A stretch of 63,205 bases of DNA, the filler included, from Octopus bimaculoides (taxonomy: Eukaryota), in assembly GCF_001194135.2 (NCBI RefSeq). It is 7 parts of 7 records of this genome, joined end to end, with 100 filler letters (N's around TTAATTAATTAA, not from the genome) between each part and the next. Parts side by side here need not be neighbours in the genome. Positions count along the whole stretch, not along the records: positions 1 to 16,432 come from NC_068981.1; positions 16,533 to 47,768 come from NC_068982.1; 5 more parts are not named here. One strand, given 5' to 3'. The position numbers were made by a program, and so were the translations under genes. This document shows positions 12,713 through 24,967 of the stretch, one piece after another (within the stretch, counting starts at the first letter, position 1; each line of letters begins with the position of its first letter). The notes below the pieces were generated by a model, which was not told the DNA's origin, did no database searches, and saw only the letters and a program-made list of their open reading frames with translations.

Positions 12713-13889
12713 GATTTTTCTTGAACAAGTGTGTGGAATAGTGTTGTAAAAGTATTTTGTAGAGTAGAAATTTTGACTATGAGTCATGGGGTGAGTGAAT
12801 GAATACAGTCAAGGATTATAAGTGCTCTAGTTGGGTGCATTAACAAACCTTTATCTTCGCTTGTCCTGATCGTGATAATTATATTTGAGAGAAAATATTA
12901 TCAAGGAAACAGTGAGGTAATAACTTAATGATATAAATCGCATCCAAACTTATCATAAATCATACATAATATTCTCAAAGTTAAAAAGATACTCTGCAAA
13001 TAGCTGCCTTGGGAATCAATAATTCTTTACGTTTAAATCTATGTGCTACTTTCATTTTTGCTGATGTGCCTCAAGCTCTTGTTTCTGCTGTTAATGTTGA
13101 TGGATATAATGTGTTGAAAGGGAAAACGGGGGAAAACAGCTTGGACGATGATAAAATAATGATGATTCCTGTGATGATGCTGAGATGGTCGTGATAGTAA
13201 TGATGATGTTGAAGAAGAAAAAGAAGTGGATCATGACAATGAAGATGATAATGATGACTATAATGCGTAAGAAAATTTTCAGTAGGATGATCATCATGAA
13301 TTCCACGATAGTAATGAAGATACGCAGAATGCTGACTCTATGAAAGGTATCAGTGATTGGAAGACTTTAATATGACTAACTTTACTTAACACTGTAGTTG
13401 CTATAGTTGCTGCAATTCCTGCTGCGGGTAAACACGATTATGAAGATGCGACAGGAAAACATGTGAAGTTCATAATGCGAAAGCGAGTAAACGGAAGAAA
13501 AGACACAGCAACGTAGAATTTAGATTTATGCCAGAACTACTTCATGAAGAAATATGAATAATTCCCTGCACATACTCTATCCATATCAGGGTTAAAGGCA
13601 AACAGTCGAAGTTTAACGTTTTGTTTTGCGTATACATATACGCATACATTTATATATATACATTCCTAAGTAATCCTTTGGATACGGATACCCAACACTC
13701 ACTAAGTGTAAATACAATTGATTATCTTACCCACACAGATATTCAAACAGATATGTGAGTTTGTATGGGGTGGGTGAGTGTACGAATCATTGTAAACGCC
13801 TTTGACGCAACAATAAAAATTTCAATATTCAAGTACAATGACGTCATTACAGATTCTGTGTATTCTATTCTCTCTAGTACTCAAAAGAT

Positions 13890-14560
13890 TGACCGTATGT
13901 CACCCCAAACACCTCGCGTGCGATATGCTTCCCACCGCACCGACTTTTCTTCTTACCTAACACTCGACCTTCTGTTCTTACGATACAGTATAACCTGCCC
14001 CTTTCGTCCCCGCCAGTCTGACGTGCCAGCTCCATAATCTTCTCTCTTCTATTCATTCCAACCCCCAAGCGTACCCGCAATATTTGTAACCACCTCGTAG
14101 ACAGCTTCTTCTTCCCTAAAGCCAAATCTCTTTCTTTACTCCGATCCTGCTGTAATACCAGATTTTGCTCCTTTCTAGCACCAAAAATGTTTCCGGAAGT
14201 AAGCGCAACACCTTCTACATTAGGGACTCCTTTGGCTGCACCTCATTGTGATCTAATATATGCGCTTTAATATTCCCTCTCCTATTTTCCAAACCTCGGG
14301 TAAACTACCGCTAATTGCTTGGCAGAATCGCGGAGCACCTTATAGATATCAAAGTTGGTAACCGGTCACCTGTCTCAGAGCGTTTCCGCTGTACTGATTA
14401 TTCAACTCAACACTTCACATGTTTCGGCTGGAAACAACTCATATTCAAAATCACACTCGTATTGTACTTCTTACGGACGCGATTTTATATTATTCATTTT
14501 TCCCTGGCCTAACATCTTCACTATACCAGCATCTATTATTGAGTGCCCACTTAAATTTTT
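13890..14560 (+). mobile_element. Old Penelope-like element fragment (linker + GIY-YIG)
   Basis: Degenerate blocks FRPRQSDV; PKRTRNICNHLVDS; FYIRDSFGCTS/DLIYAL; LLGRIAEHLIDIKVGNRSPVSERF. Confidence 0.6.
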
Positions 14561-16159
14561 GTGCACCCGCTCATATCCACATAATCCCCTATCACCCTCA
14601 TCACATCTTCATTAACACCTACATGCCAGCCATACATCAACAACGTTTCCATATATTTCAAACACATCCACAAATTTTCACAATATTCACACACACACCT
14701 CATTCCTTTCAACATCTTGACGCTGGACACCACCATCATGCACACCAGCGCACACCCACATGCAGATGTGCACACATACACACGAAACCATAACTTACAC
14801 GCGCAATTATGCACACACACATTCAAACGGATGTGCAGCTATTCATACTCGTATATACATTGGCAAACATAATTACTCATTCCCTCACACACTATTTTTC
14901 TATCGCAAAGACTCCTGTTAGTTTTGATTACTAAATTTTACAACTTCCGTATTTGCTTGACTATTCTATGCAGCACTTTCCCTCCCACCAAATATTTAGC
15001 GCACTAACACAGGCACATGCGTACACAAACACAAATACACACACCCTTCCCCTTTCGAAGGAGATCTCTTTTCTCTCTTCATTCATTTGTTTCATCGCGC
15101 AATATGTTCCCATTCGAATTCCTTCGACTGTTCCCTCTCATCAAAATTTACCGCTGGAATTTACCCTCCGACTTTACTTATTCTCTAGACTTGAATCTTA
15201 AGAATCTTTCCCACCATGTAAAACTTTCATGTTTTCTTTTTTTTTTTTTGCTCCCTGCACATTTCCGCTCCTTCACTTTTTTCGTTTATCAGACCTCGAC
15301 TATCCTGGACACTAGAGGACTTATATAACCTCCACCATTATATATCTTTCACAGATGATTCATAATAAATTGTTTTTTCTCCGTTTTTTTTTCTTGTCTT
15401 TCTCTCACTTTGATCATGTATCTTTTCATTCATGTTCCTAAAATTTTCGTTGTCTTTATCCTTTGATTTTACAATTTTTTTCATTTTATTTCCTCTTTTC
15501 CCCATCTTTTTGTGTACTTTATGCTTTGAACTCCGACATGTGCAACAGATTACTGTCATCGTAACCCCCCCCCCCCATCAACTGGCAAACAAATATTCTT
15601 CCCTAACAGAAACACACAAAAAATTCCATTTCTTCACTAGTGTTGTATTGTTATGTTTTCTTCTTTTCCTTGATCCCTCTACCACTTATCAACCTACAGC
15701 ATATCTCACCCATAACATAACACACACCTCAACATTGTTCTTAAGTTCCTTCCATCACAAACTAATGCCCACAGCCACCACTTCGTTTCTTCGCTTTCCT
15801 CCCATACGTCTGCATACGTACAGACACGCTAAAACACCATAAGCACACAACTCGAAATAATTGAATCTCAATACATGGACACACTCATGTACGTGTACGT
15901 ATTTCTTTCTTGTCTTCTTAAACCCCATAGTATGGCGTAATTTATGGTTCCTAGCTCACTCGCCGTTTGTATTTCTACAGCTATTATTTCTTTCAGTCTA
16001 CTCCTTTAATTTCTATCTATATTTTTGTTGTGTGAAGTAATAGTGCATGATTTTAGAAGTAGCTGACCTTTTTTTTATTAGCAGATTGATCCCAGGAAAG
16101 TATGTTATCATTTGCTTCTTAAATTGCGGATACAATCTGTCGATTGTATACAAATCTGT

Positions 16160-16310
16160 ACATACATACATACATACACACACACATACATACACACACA
16201 CATACATACATACATACGTACATAAATACATACATACATACATACACACACACATACATACATACATACATACATACATACATACATACATACATAAATA
16301 CATATGTATG
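16160..16310. repeat. (CATA)n microsatellite abutting a REL-LINE 3' UTR fragment (16310-16372)
   Basis: Direct reading. AAAATACTCTGTTG…GTTGAAATTCCATTGAAGGA…TTGGATCTA matches the reverse complement of 37065-37120. Confidence 0.8.
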
Positions 16311-16378
16311 TATCAACAAAAATACTCTGTTGTTGAGGTTGAAATTCCATTGAAGGAGCGTTGGATCTATCACTACGC

Positions 16379-16432
<54 letters not shown>

Positions 16433-16876
16433 NNNNNNNNNNNNNNNNNNNNNNNNNNNNNNNNNNNNNNNNNNNNTTAATTAATTAANNNNNNNNNNNN
16501 NNNNNNNNNNNNNNNNNNNNNNNNNNNNNNNNAGAGGACAATAAAACATTTGGACAAATACACGATACAAGGCGGGCAAGAGAAACAAGAATTAGAACAG
16601 GTAAAAAAAAAAAAGACGGGCCATTTTCTCCGTTTCCTCGCTTTTTTTCTCTGTGTTGTCGCGCATATTCGCTTGCTTTCTTCCAAAAATTTAATGCCCT
16701 TAGCTTAGATTTTTGGGGCCTACCAATTTTGAACAGTCTCAAGTGTAAGAGGTCGAAACTGTAATGATGATTGGAAACTTGGCTAATGAAAGAAAGCCCC
16801 GAATGTTCCATATTGGTTTTTCCTGTCCGTCTTTGTATCGTTTATTTGTCCGTCCGTATGTCTTTATTGTCGTCCG

Positions 16877-17140
16877 TTACGTTCTTATTCCGGTTTTGGA
16901 TTTATAGATACATATAGCAGTGGACGTACACCTTTTGCTCAGCTTGTAACTAAGTATATAGCTTTTAAGCAACTGACCCTGAATGGGAAGATCTACAAAC
17001 AGATTTCTCACTTGTTTTAGAGAATTTGTTGCAATTGCTTCCTCCAGAGTCATATCCCAATGATGATCATATTCATCGCAAAAGATCATGTAAAAAGAAT
17101 CGCCGAAAACATTCGCAGTAATGAAAACATAGGCATCCAA
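16877..17140 (-). mobile_element. Helitron Rep/helicase fragment
   Basis: DEYDHHWDMTLEEAIATNSLKQVRNLFV resembles the conserved Helitron block DD.EW..CLEEA…PRQLR.LF between the Rep and Pif1 domains. Confidence 0.55.
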
Positions 17141-17299
17141 AATTTGAGGATTGCACGTCCGGATTCGGCCCGGAATGTTTTTTATTTACTCACGGAGCCA
17201 GCCTGATTCCAAACTGGTATATATTGAGCTACGGCCTCTAAGAGTAAAGTTGAAAAAGTGTGACACACTGGCACACAGAAATTAGTTTTCGCATTTATT

Positions 17300-17462
17300 A
17301 TATATGCTACAGGCTTCTTTTAGTTTCTATCAACAAAATCCACTCACAAGGCTGCGATCGGCCGGGGCTATAGTAGAAGACACTTGCTCAAGGTACCATG
17401 CAGTGGGACTGAATCTGGAACCATGTGGTTATGAAACAAACTTCGAACGACACAGTCACACC
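17300..17462 (-). mobile_element. SINE family B head
   Basis: Reverse complement matches 27247-27415. Confidence 0.85.
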
Positions 17463-17993
17463 TTCTCTTTGAAAACGGGGTTTTGGTGGAAAATTCGGAA
17501 ACAAAGAAACGACCAATAAAGTTATATCCTAGAGTAGTTTATTGTACATAAGAATACTTTGCATGATTCTCTAAACATAATATTCTTTTTAACCAATGAG
17601 AACAATAAAAGAAATATAAATAGTTCATTGAGTACGATTAGCTAAGTTCCGGATAAGAGTTCCGAATTCTGAGTAGATACGGAAAGACTTGTAGAAATGC
17701 AGTGTTACTTTGCACTTAATGGTTTTCCTGTGACGTTGGTTTTGTGGTTTAGTTCATGGTCTGTTCTAAGTGAGCAAGTTTATAGCAAAAGGCACACTGA
17801 CTATGAATGACAAACACCGTTTGATATATTACTAGCAGCATTATTCAATATATAGTTATTTAAAGAAATGATATAATGATATAAATGATACAAAAAATTG
17901 TGATATAAGGAAAAAAAAAGTGACTTCATCTAAGTGGAATGACGGTATAGAGGCAATTTCATGTTTTAAAGACTGTCAGACATACATACATTC

Positions 17994-17994
<1 letters not shown>

Positions 17995-18056
<62 letters not shown>
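17995..18056. repeat. (TCTA)n microsatellite
   Basis: Direct reading. Confidence 0.95.
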
Positions 18057-18329
18057 GTACATACGTACATATAGTCGTTCCTGACTAGATTCGTAAAGTG
18101 ATAAATTCGTATTGTTGGGGTATTATCGTCCATGGAAAACAATGAATATACCTTTAATTGGTTCCCACTAAAGAAGTTGATTCTTAAACTTTCTAAAATT
18201 GAAAAAAAAGGTTAAGTTAAAAATAGCAAAATTCAAGAGTACAATTTTTTTCTTAAATCACAAACTACAGAATGAAAATATAGAAAAAACATATAAAACA
18301 AACTATTCAACTCATGAAATTTAATTCGT

Positions 18330-19925
18330 ATTCATTGGGTCTAACGTCACTGGGGCTTTTTGAGAGCATGTCAATTCCATTTGTTGAGTTTCTTCTTGTT
18401 TTGATGTTTGGTCCGAATTAGTNNNNNNNNNNTTCTTCTTCTTCTTCTTCTTCTTCTTGTTTAAACTTTTTCATTTCTAGCAATTCTTCATTTGTAATTT
18501 CATCACTGTGAGCATAAAGAGCTTCATTTACATCTTCAGGTGAAATTTCTAAGTTCGATTCCTTTGCAACGTTTACGATTGTGTCAGTTTATTTTTGAAG
18601 ACCTTCATAAAGATGATCAAATCCTTCAAAATTGTCAATTAATTTGGGGCAGAGATTTTTCCAAATTCCTTTCATGTTCTTTACGGTGATCTTATCCCAT
18701 GCTTTCTTTATCAATTTTATTGCATCAAGGATGCTGAAGCGCTTCCAAAATTCTTGAATCGTTGGACCATTTTCTTTACCAGTCATTCTGATGAGTCTTT
18801 CAAAGGTGAAAAGAAGATAGTAAGACTTAAACGATGAAATGACTCCTTGATTCATAGACTGCAATAAAGATATTGTATTAGGAGGTAAAAAAAAACAACA
18901 TTAATATTTTGATGGTGATGCTTTAAGAATGCAGCATGACTGGGAGCATTATCCATTATCAAAAGAATCTTGAAAGGAATTTTTTTATCCTTACAATATT
19001 TTTTCCATTTCGGGAACAAAGTGATTAGAAAACCAATCTTCAAATAGAGTTCCTGTCATCCAAGCTGTTTTGTTATGCTTCCAGATTATAGGAAGTTTCG
19101 TCTTATTAATTCCTTCTAAAGTACGGGTGTTTTCAGATCGATAATTAAGTATGAGCTTGAGTTTGCAGTCCTCTTCAAAATTTTCTCCCAGAAACAATGT
19201 TATCCTCTCTTTTGCAGCTTTGAATCCTGGCATTGAAGATTCTTCTCTCGCAATAAAAGTCCTTGAAGGCATTCGTTTCCTAAATAGGCCCGTTTTATCC
19301 ACATCAAATATTTGAGACGGCCTTCTTCTTCAATCAAATCTTCTAATTGGCGAGGAAATGTTTCTGCAACTTTTTGATCTGCGCTAGACGATTCTCCTTG
19401 AATCTTCACATTGTGTAGATTTGCTTGTTTTTTGAAACGATCGAACCAACCATTGCTTGCTACAAATGCTTCATTTAATCCATCTGATTTATCCTTAATC
19501 AAGTTAAAAAGGGAAATTGCTTTACTGTTAATTATAGCCTGACTAAGTGGCATATGAAGTCTATGAATTTGATCGTTAATCCAAGCTGTCAAAAGTTTTT
19601 CTGTGCGTGAGATTAAACTTTCATTATCTTTTCTTCGTAACCATGTTGAATTTAGAGAATGACTTCTTTTAACTTTATCTAAATAATTTTCCTTTTGCTT
19701 ATCTTTGCTTTGCATCTCAGAATTCTTTCTTTTTTGAAGCCACCACAACTTCTTACAACACAGCTATGGCTATACCTGTGTTTTCAACACATTACAGATT
19801 AGATGTAAGACTCTATTGTATTTGAATTATACATTCAAAACTCCATCACTCAACCCAAACAGTATCATTATAACCCTTGTATTTTTCTCTCAATACTAAT
19901 CACTCTAAGACTTGCCAAATGAATA
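18330..19925 (-). mobile_element. Tigger/pogo (Tc1/mariner) transposase pseudogene: HTH_psq/CENP-B HTH + DDE_1
   Basis: EKLLTAWINDQ…PLSQAIINSKA…FVASNGWFDRFKK…HNVKIQGESSSAD; DKTGLF.KRMPSRTFIAREE..MPGFKAAKERITL; WKHNKTAWMT..LFEDWF; ILLIMDNAPSH; PPNTISLLQSMNQGVISSFKSYY. Multiple frameshifts. Confidence 0.92.
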
Positions 19926-20160
19926 GAATATGGTATGCTAAGGACGTCTAATAAGACCAAAACATGTCTGTTACTTTCACAAGTTGCTTTATAGAGCATG
20001 TCTACATTATTGATATTGTCTAAAAATTTCAGTTATCTCATCTTAATGGAATTGTAATCCCTGCTTGTGGTTCTTTGATATTAAAATACTCACGGGGTAA
20101 GTTTTTATCTACTAAATGCCTGGTAATATCAGCTTGTGCATATAATTTTTCATATGTGAA

Positions 20161-20314
20161 TATCTTCTATATATATAAAAATGAGANNNNNNNNNNNNNN
20201 NNNNNNNNNNNNNNNNNNNNNNNNNNNNNNNNNNNNNNNNNNNNNNNNNNNNNNNNNNNNNNNNNNNNNNNNNNNNNNNNNNNNNNCGGGCAAAGCCGGG
20301 TATTTCTGCTAATT
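20161..20314 (+). mobile_element. Non-autonomous Helitron-like element (gapped)
   Basis: Start TCTTCTATATATATAAAA… and end CGGGCAAAGCCGGGTATTTCTGCTA(A)T, similar to the Helitron 3' end at 58790-58820. Confidence 0.5.
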
Positions 20315-20522
20315 ATTTATATGTGCATATACGTATGTCTTGGCGTGTACGCATACTATGGACACATGAAAATGTTATTGTGTGTGTGTGTGTATGGGTG
20401 CTTGTATGCACCAATTTATGTAAGTCTATGCTTGTGTTAGAGGGAGAATACCTGTATGTGTTGTGTAATGTTATGTGTGCGTGCGCGCATGTGTTATGTG
20501 TATACTGTGTGTGTGTATGTGT

Positions 20523-20553
<31 letters not shown>

Positions 20554-20726
20554 CTTAAATTACCCTACCCACATCAAATCAGACTGTATTCAGTCACGAA
20601 CAATGTGGTTACGGAAAAATCTCACAGTGGAGCATGTTCTCACATATATTAACTTATGTGAGAACCTAGCATAGTTTAATTATCTTCGTATATATTTCCG
20701 CGTGTACGAAGATTACTTGCTCTGCT

Positions 20727-20932
20727 CCAATGAGGCCCTAGTCGTGCGCGCGCGTGTATAAAGTGCTCATAACCGACCACATATGTCACATACGAGTGCA
20801 TGTGGTGAGGACAATCGTGACGTCATTGTGACAAATATCTGATTCACTGCCTCTTACATAATCAAACAATGTGGTGTCTCTGTCAAGGCCGACACTGCCT
20901 AACAGTGAGCCGTTTCCTACCGACAAGTAAGA
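20727..20932 (+). promoter_or_regulatory. Candidate Pol II promoter and first exon
   Basis: CCAAT (20727), CpG-rich run, TATAAAG (20757), palindromic CRE TGACGTCA (20818-25), donor-like ACAA|GTAAGA (20927). Motif presence only. Confidence 0.3.
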
Positions 20933-20944
20933 GGTGACAGGCGT

Positions 20945-21330
20945 GGTGTTTTATGGTGTTTGATGGTGGCGATGGTGTTGGTGGAACTGGTAGTAGTACC
21001 GTAGGATGTGGTGTTGGTGGTGTCGCTGCTGGTAGTGCTGAAGCCTGCCTGTGAGTAATTTAATGCTAGACTGTGGAGTTGCTTCTGCAATGCTTCGTCT
21101 TGTTGGTGTTGCTGATGCTTATGGTGATGACGGTGGTGGTGGCGGCACTGTTGATGATGATGATGATGATGATAATGGTGGTGGTGTTGATATTAATGGT
21201 ATCGATGGTGGTGGTGGTGGTGGTGGTGGTAGTTGTATTGATAGTAGTGGAACTGGTGGCGATGGGATGATGTCGGTGGAGCTGCTGACTGTAGCTGTGA
21301 TTATGGTGGTGACGATGTTGGTAGCGGTAG
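20945..21330. repeat. (GGT)n/(GAT)n low-complexity region
   Basis: Direct reading; source of the poly-G/D/V/T ORFs. Confidence 0.9.
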
Positions 21331-21648
21331 AAGTTACGGTTGTTTTGTTGACAAGCTTTTCTTTTTCCCACAGCGATGATGACCCAACTAACGGCGATGA
21401 CTGACTGTCATTTTGTTTCAACGTAGTTACCATCCACCCACGTTCCACCATTTGTTGTCACACTTTCAGAAAGTTTTAATCAGATTTCGACAGCTCCCGA
21501 CTGACTATGACTCAGTCCTCTTTCTATCAGCACATTTTTACGGCAGAACAATGAACCTTCATTTTTCTTTTAAAGTCATGTGGCACAATCTTCATGAAAA
21601 CTTCACGCAACAATTTTCACTTTCTCAATGTTATCGTTGTCCATTGTA

Positions 21649-21744
21649 GTGGAAGGTTTAGCGATCGCCTTCGTGGAAGGATTAGTGATCGCCTTCGTGG
21701 AAGGATTAGTGATCGCCTTCGTGGAAGGATTAGTAATCGCCTTC
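21649..21744. repeat. 24-bp minisatellite x4 (GTGGAAGGATTAGTGATCGCCTTC)
   Basis: Unit starts at 21649, 21673, 21697 and 21721. Confidence 0.95.
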
Positions 21745-23380
21745 GGTGAATGCTCTTTCTGGTTTGAAACACTAGTATTACTCATGAAGTGTACGACAAA
21801 ATCATCCATTTCGGATCTTTTCTGTTTGGCTTTCACTTTTCAATTCCTTCAATTTTGTTCCAATTGGATTTCAGATTTGGTGTATTGATTTAGTTTTGTA
21901 TGCTAATTATGGAAATGAAATTCATTTCCATCATAAATTAATTAATAAAAAGTTAATAGCTTTTGAAGTTAGCAGATTTGGGGTAATCTTAGCCAGTCGA
22001 AAACCACAGATATATGGTGCCTGCTTCCAAGCCAAGCTGTTTTGTAGCTTGCTAACTCGTCAGTAGCGTTGTGGTTTCCTGCTTTTACTCGCCTATTGCT
22101 GTCGCTTTGGGATCCACCGTTGATATATATTTCTGCGAGTTAATGTGGCACAGGAGATATGAAAATTGGGCAGAATGATGGCTTAAGCACTCATAACTTT
22201 TTTTTTTTTTGGAATTTACAGAAAATGTTTGCGAATTTTATGTTTTACACACGGGAATGTATACGATTATGAAAAAAAAAAGTGTGTGATTTAAGGGCGA
22301 TTTAGCACATCTCACGACCACCTGATACCTTCCTCGTTTCTTTGTCACTCTGACATGTATTGATGTTTTCAATATTCTTTTCTCTATAAACTCATTAAAT
22401 GGAACGGGGATGCACTCAAGGGTGGTCTACAGCTGGGATTTAAGCAAACACTTCGGAGTGTCCTCATTTTAAACCCTGATTTTTAAAAATTTCGAAAAAA
22501 GTAGAATTTTAAGAGTTTATTAGGTTGATAGTTAAAGAAATTATAATTTTTTTTTTTTTTTTGCATAATTGTATGAATTTCTATATGTAGAATAGAAATT
22601 CGCGAAAATTTTCTGAAGATTCCCAAAACTAAAACAGTTCTGAGAGNNNNNNNNNNGTTATTTAACGTTTAACTTCAGTTTCTTTGTGTATGTGTGTAAT
22701 TTTTCGCATTATATGCCTGTCTGAACATCTCCCATGACTTTATTCATTAAAACTCATTAAGACTTTCATCGTTGAATGTTTTGTTGTCGAAATGTTGTCA
22801 TCAGCCGTCGTAATGTTACATCACGCACAAAATGCCAGCTTCCAAATCCTGTTTTTTTGATTGGGTAAAAATGATCAAAATTTAAACCTCTGCAACATTT
22901 TTCCAAAAATTTTCAGGATCAAGTGAATAACAATATCAGTTTCAGCGTGAAAAATTACATCAATATACCAAATTTGAAACATTTCCATTAATTTTAATAT
23001 TTCAAAAAGTGAAGCCGAACAGAAAAGATTCATACTTTCTATAGATCTGTAACAGTGTTAGGAAAGTCTTCGTAAAAGTATTACCGAATTTGAAAAACTT
23101 TATTTCCAGCAAATACAATACTCTTCGAAATTTTTCCATTTTTTACTTGTAACAAATCGCCAGGTGTACTAAGCATGCTTTCCCTGTAGAGCGTATAGAA
23201 CGTGTAGATCGACGACTAAATCAAATGATGCTACAATGGCTTGTTGGCGTCCCGCTTTAAAAGTTCAGTTTCTTTTTAGACTAATCTCGATCGAAAATGT
23301 TGTGTGGATATTATGAAGCGTAAATATGACAAACATTTAAAGTTTATAATATTGGAATATTTGACACTTTCACTTAAGTA

Positions 23381-23381
<1 letters not shown>

Positions 23382-23463
<82 letters not shown>
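23382..23463. repeat. (TCTA)n microsatellite
   Basis: Direct reading. Confidence 0.95.
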
Positions 23464-24967
23464 ACTGTCCGACTGTTTGTTTGACAAGCTACCTAGCTAG
23501 CAAGCTATCACATTTGGAGCAGCATCAGTAGGACTCATATTATAGGAAAGAAGTATAGTTCAATATCATCGACACAGATACAAAACTGGCCTTTATTGTG
23601 TCGACCTCAGTGATATCAAAGACAATACCAAAACCGGATGTATTTCGACTCAGAACGTTTCTGCAGTTCCTGTCATAATTTTCTTTTCCTCAGATAGGCA
23701 TCAGGCCAGAATTACGGAGAGGTGTAATTATTTAAACGATACATTTATTTATCAATCCGAAAATGATGAAAGGTAAAGTTGACATTGGCGGGATTTGAGC
23801 ACGAAGCTTAAAGAGACATGACTAAATCTTGTAAGAGTGAAGCTGATTTCCGCAGGAGTTGAACTCGGATCTTTGTGATTTGACGGTCAACATTTTTTTA
23901 TGTAGTGTTTTTGGTACCGAAACACTTTCAAACTTCGAATACTTGTATATTTTGTGTTATAAAACAGATAAAAAATTTTGTATTCGAAATTATTTCATGT
24001 AAAAGTTTGTCGTATTTCGGTAATTTCAACCAATCACTGACGTCTATTGAGGTGAAAACAATTACGCCGTGGAATATAAACAACGGTGTTACGGGATTTT
24101 TTCCCTTGAATAAAATTAGTCCCGTTGTTTGTCAACAAAAACTATCCGTTGTCAACAACAACTATCAGCGGTATATTTTTCGTTTGTCACTGTTATTTAT
24201 GACNNNNNNNNNNNNNNNNNNNNNNNNNNNNNNNNNNNNNNNNNNNNNNNNNNNNNNNNNNNNNNNNNNNNNNNNNNNNNNNNNNNNNNNNNNNNNNNNN
24301 NNNNNNNNNNNNNNNNNNNNNNNNNNNNNNNNNNNNNNNNNNNNNNNNNNNNNNNNNNNNNNNNNNNNNNNNNNNNNNNNNNNNNNNNNNNNNNNNNNNN
24401 NNNNNNNNNNNNNNNNNNNNNNNNNNNNNNNNNNNNNNNNNNNNNNNNNNNNNNNNNNNNNNNNNNNNNNNNNNNNNNNNNNNNNNNNNNNNNNNNNNNN
24501 NNNNNNNNNNNNNNNNNNNNNNNNNNNNNNNNNNNNNNNNNNNNNNNNNNNNNNNNNNNNNNNNNNNNNNNNNNNNNNNNNNNNNNNNNNNNNNNNNNNN
24601 NNNNNNNNNNNNNNNNNNNNNNNNNNNNNNNNNNNNNNNNNNNNNNNNNNNNNNNNNNNNNNNNNNNNNNNNNNNNNNNNNNNNNNNNNNNNNNNNNNNN
24701 NNNNNNNNNNNNNNNNNNNNNNNNNNNNNNNNNNNNNNNNNNNNNNNNNNNNNNNNNNNNNNNNNNNNNNNNNNNNNNNNNNNNNNNNNNNNNNNNNNNN
24801 NNNNNNNNNNNNNNNNNNNNNNNNNNNNNNNNNNNNNNNNNNNNNNNNNNNNNNNNNNNNNNNNNNNNNNNNNNNNNNNNNNNNNNNNNNNNNNNNNNNN
24901 NNNNNNNNNNNNNNNNNNNNNNNNNNNNNNNNNNNNNNNNNNNNNNNNNNNNNNNNNNNNNNNNNNN

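Noticed and set aside
16477-16488. TTAATTAATTAA embedded in 100-bp N gaps (also 47813, 51801, 55204, 57396, 59316)
   Set aside because: An identical 12-mer with stops in all six frames, centred in fixed-size gaps, is a scaffolding spacer and not biology.
16700-16830. CTAATGAAAGAAAGCCCCGAATG as a decayed PLE hammerhead
   Set aside because: Both core boxes are mutated and there is no convincing stem, so it cannot be supported.
21051-21451. Gly/Asp-rich or Pro/Ser-rich ORFs as a signal-peptide or structural protein
   Set aside because: They derive from (GGT)n/(GAT)n repeats that are open in most frames and are similar to the tracts at 31.6, 45.1 and 49.1 kb.
21649-21744. Palindromic repeats as a CRISPR array
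   Set aside because: Units are contiguous with no unique spacers, the context is eukaryotic and there are no cas genes.
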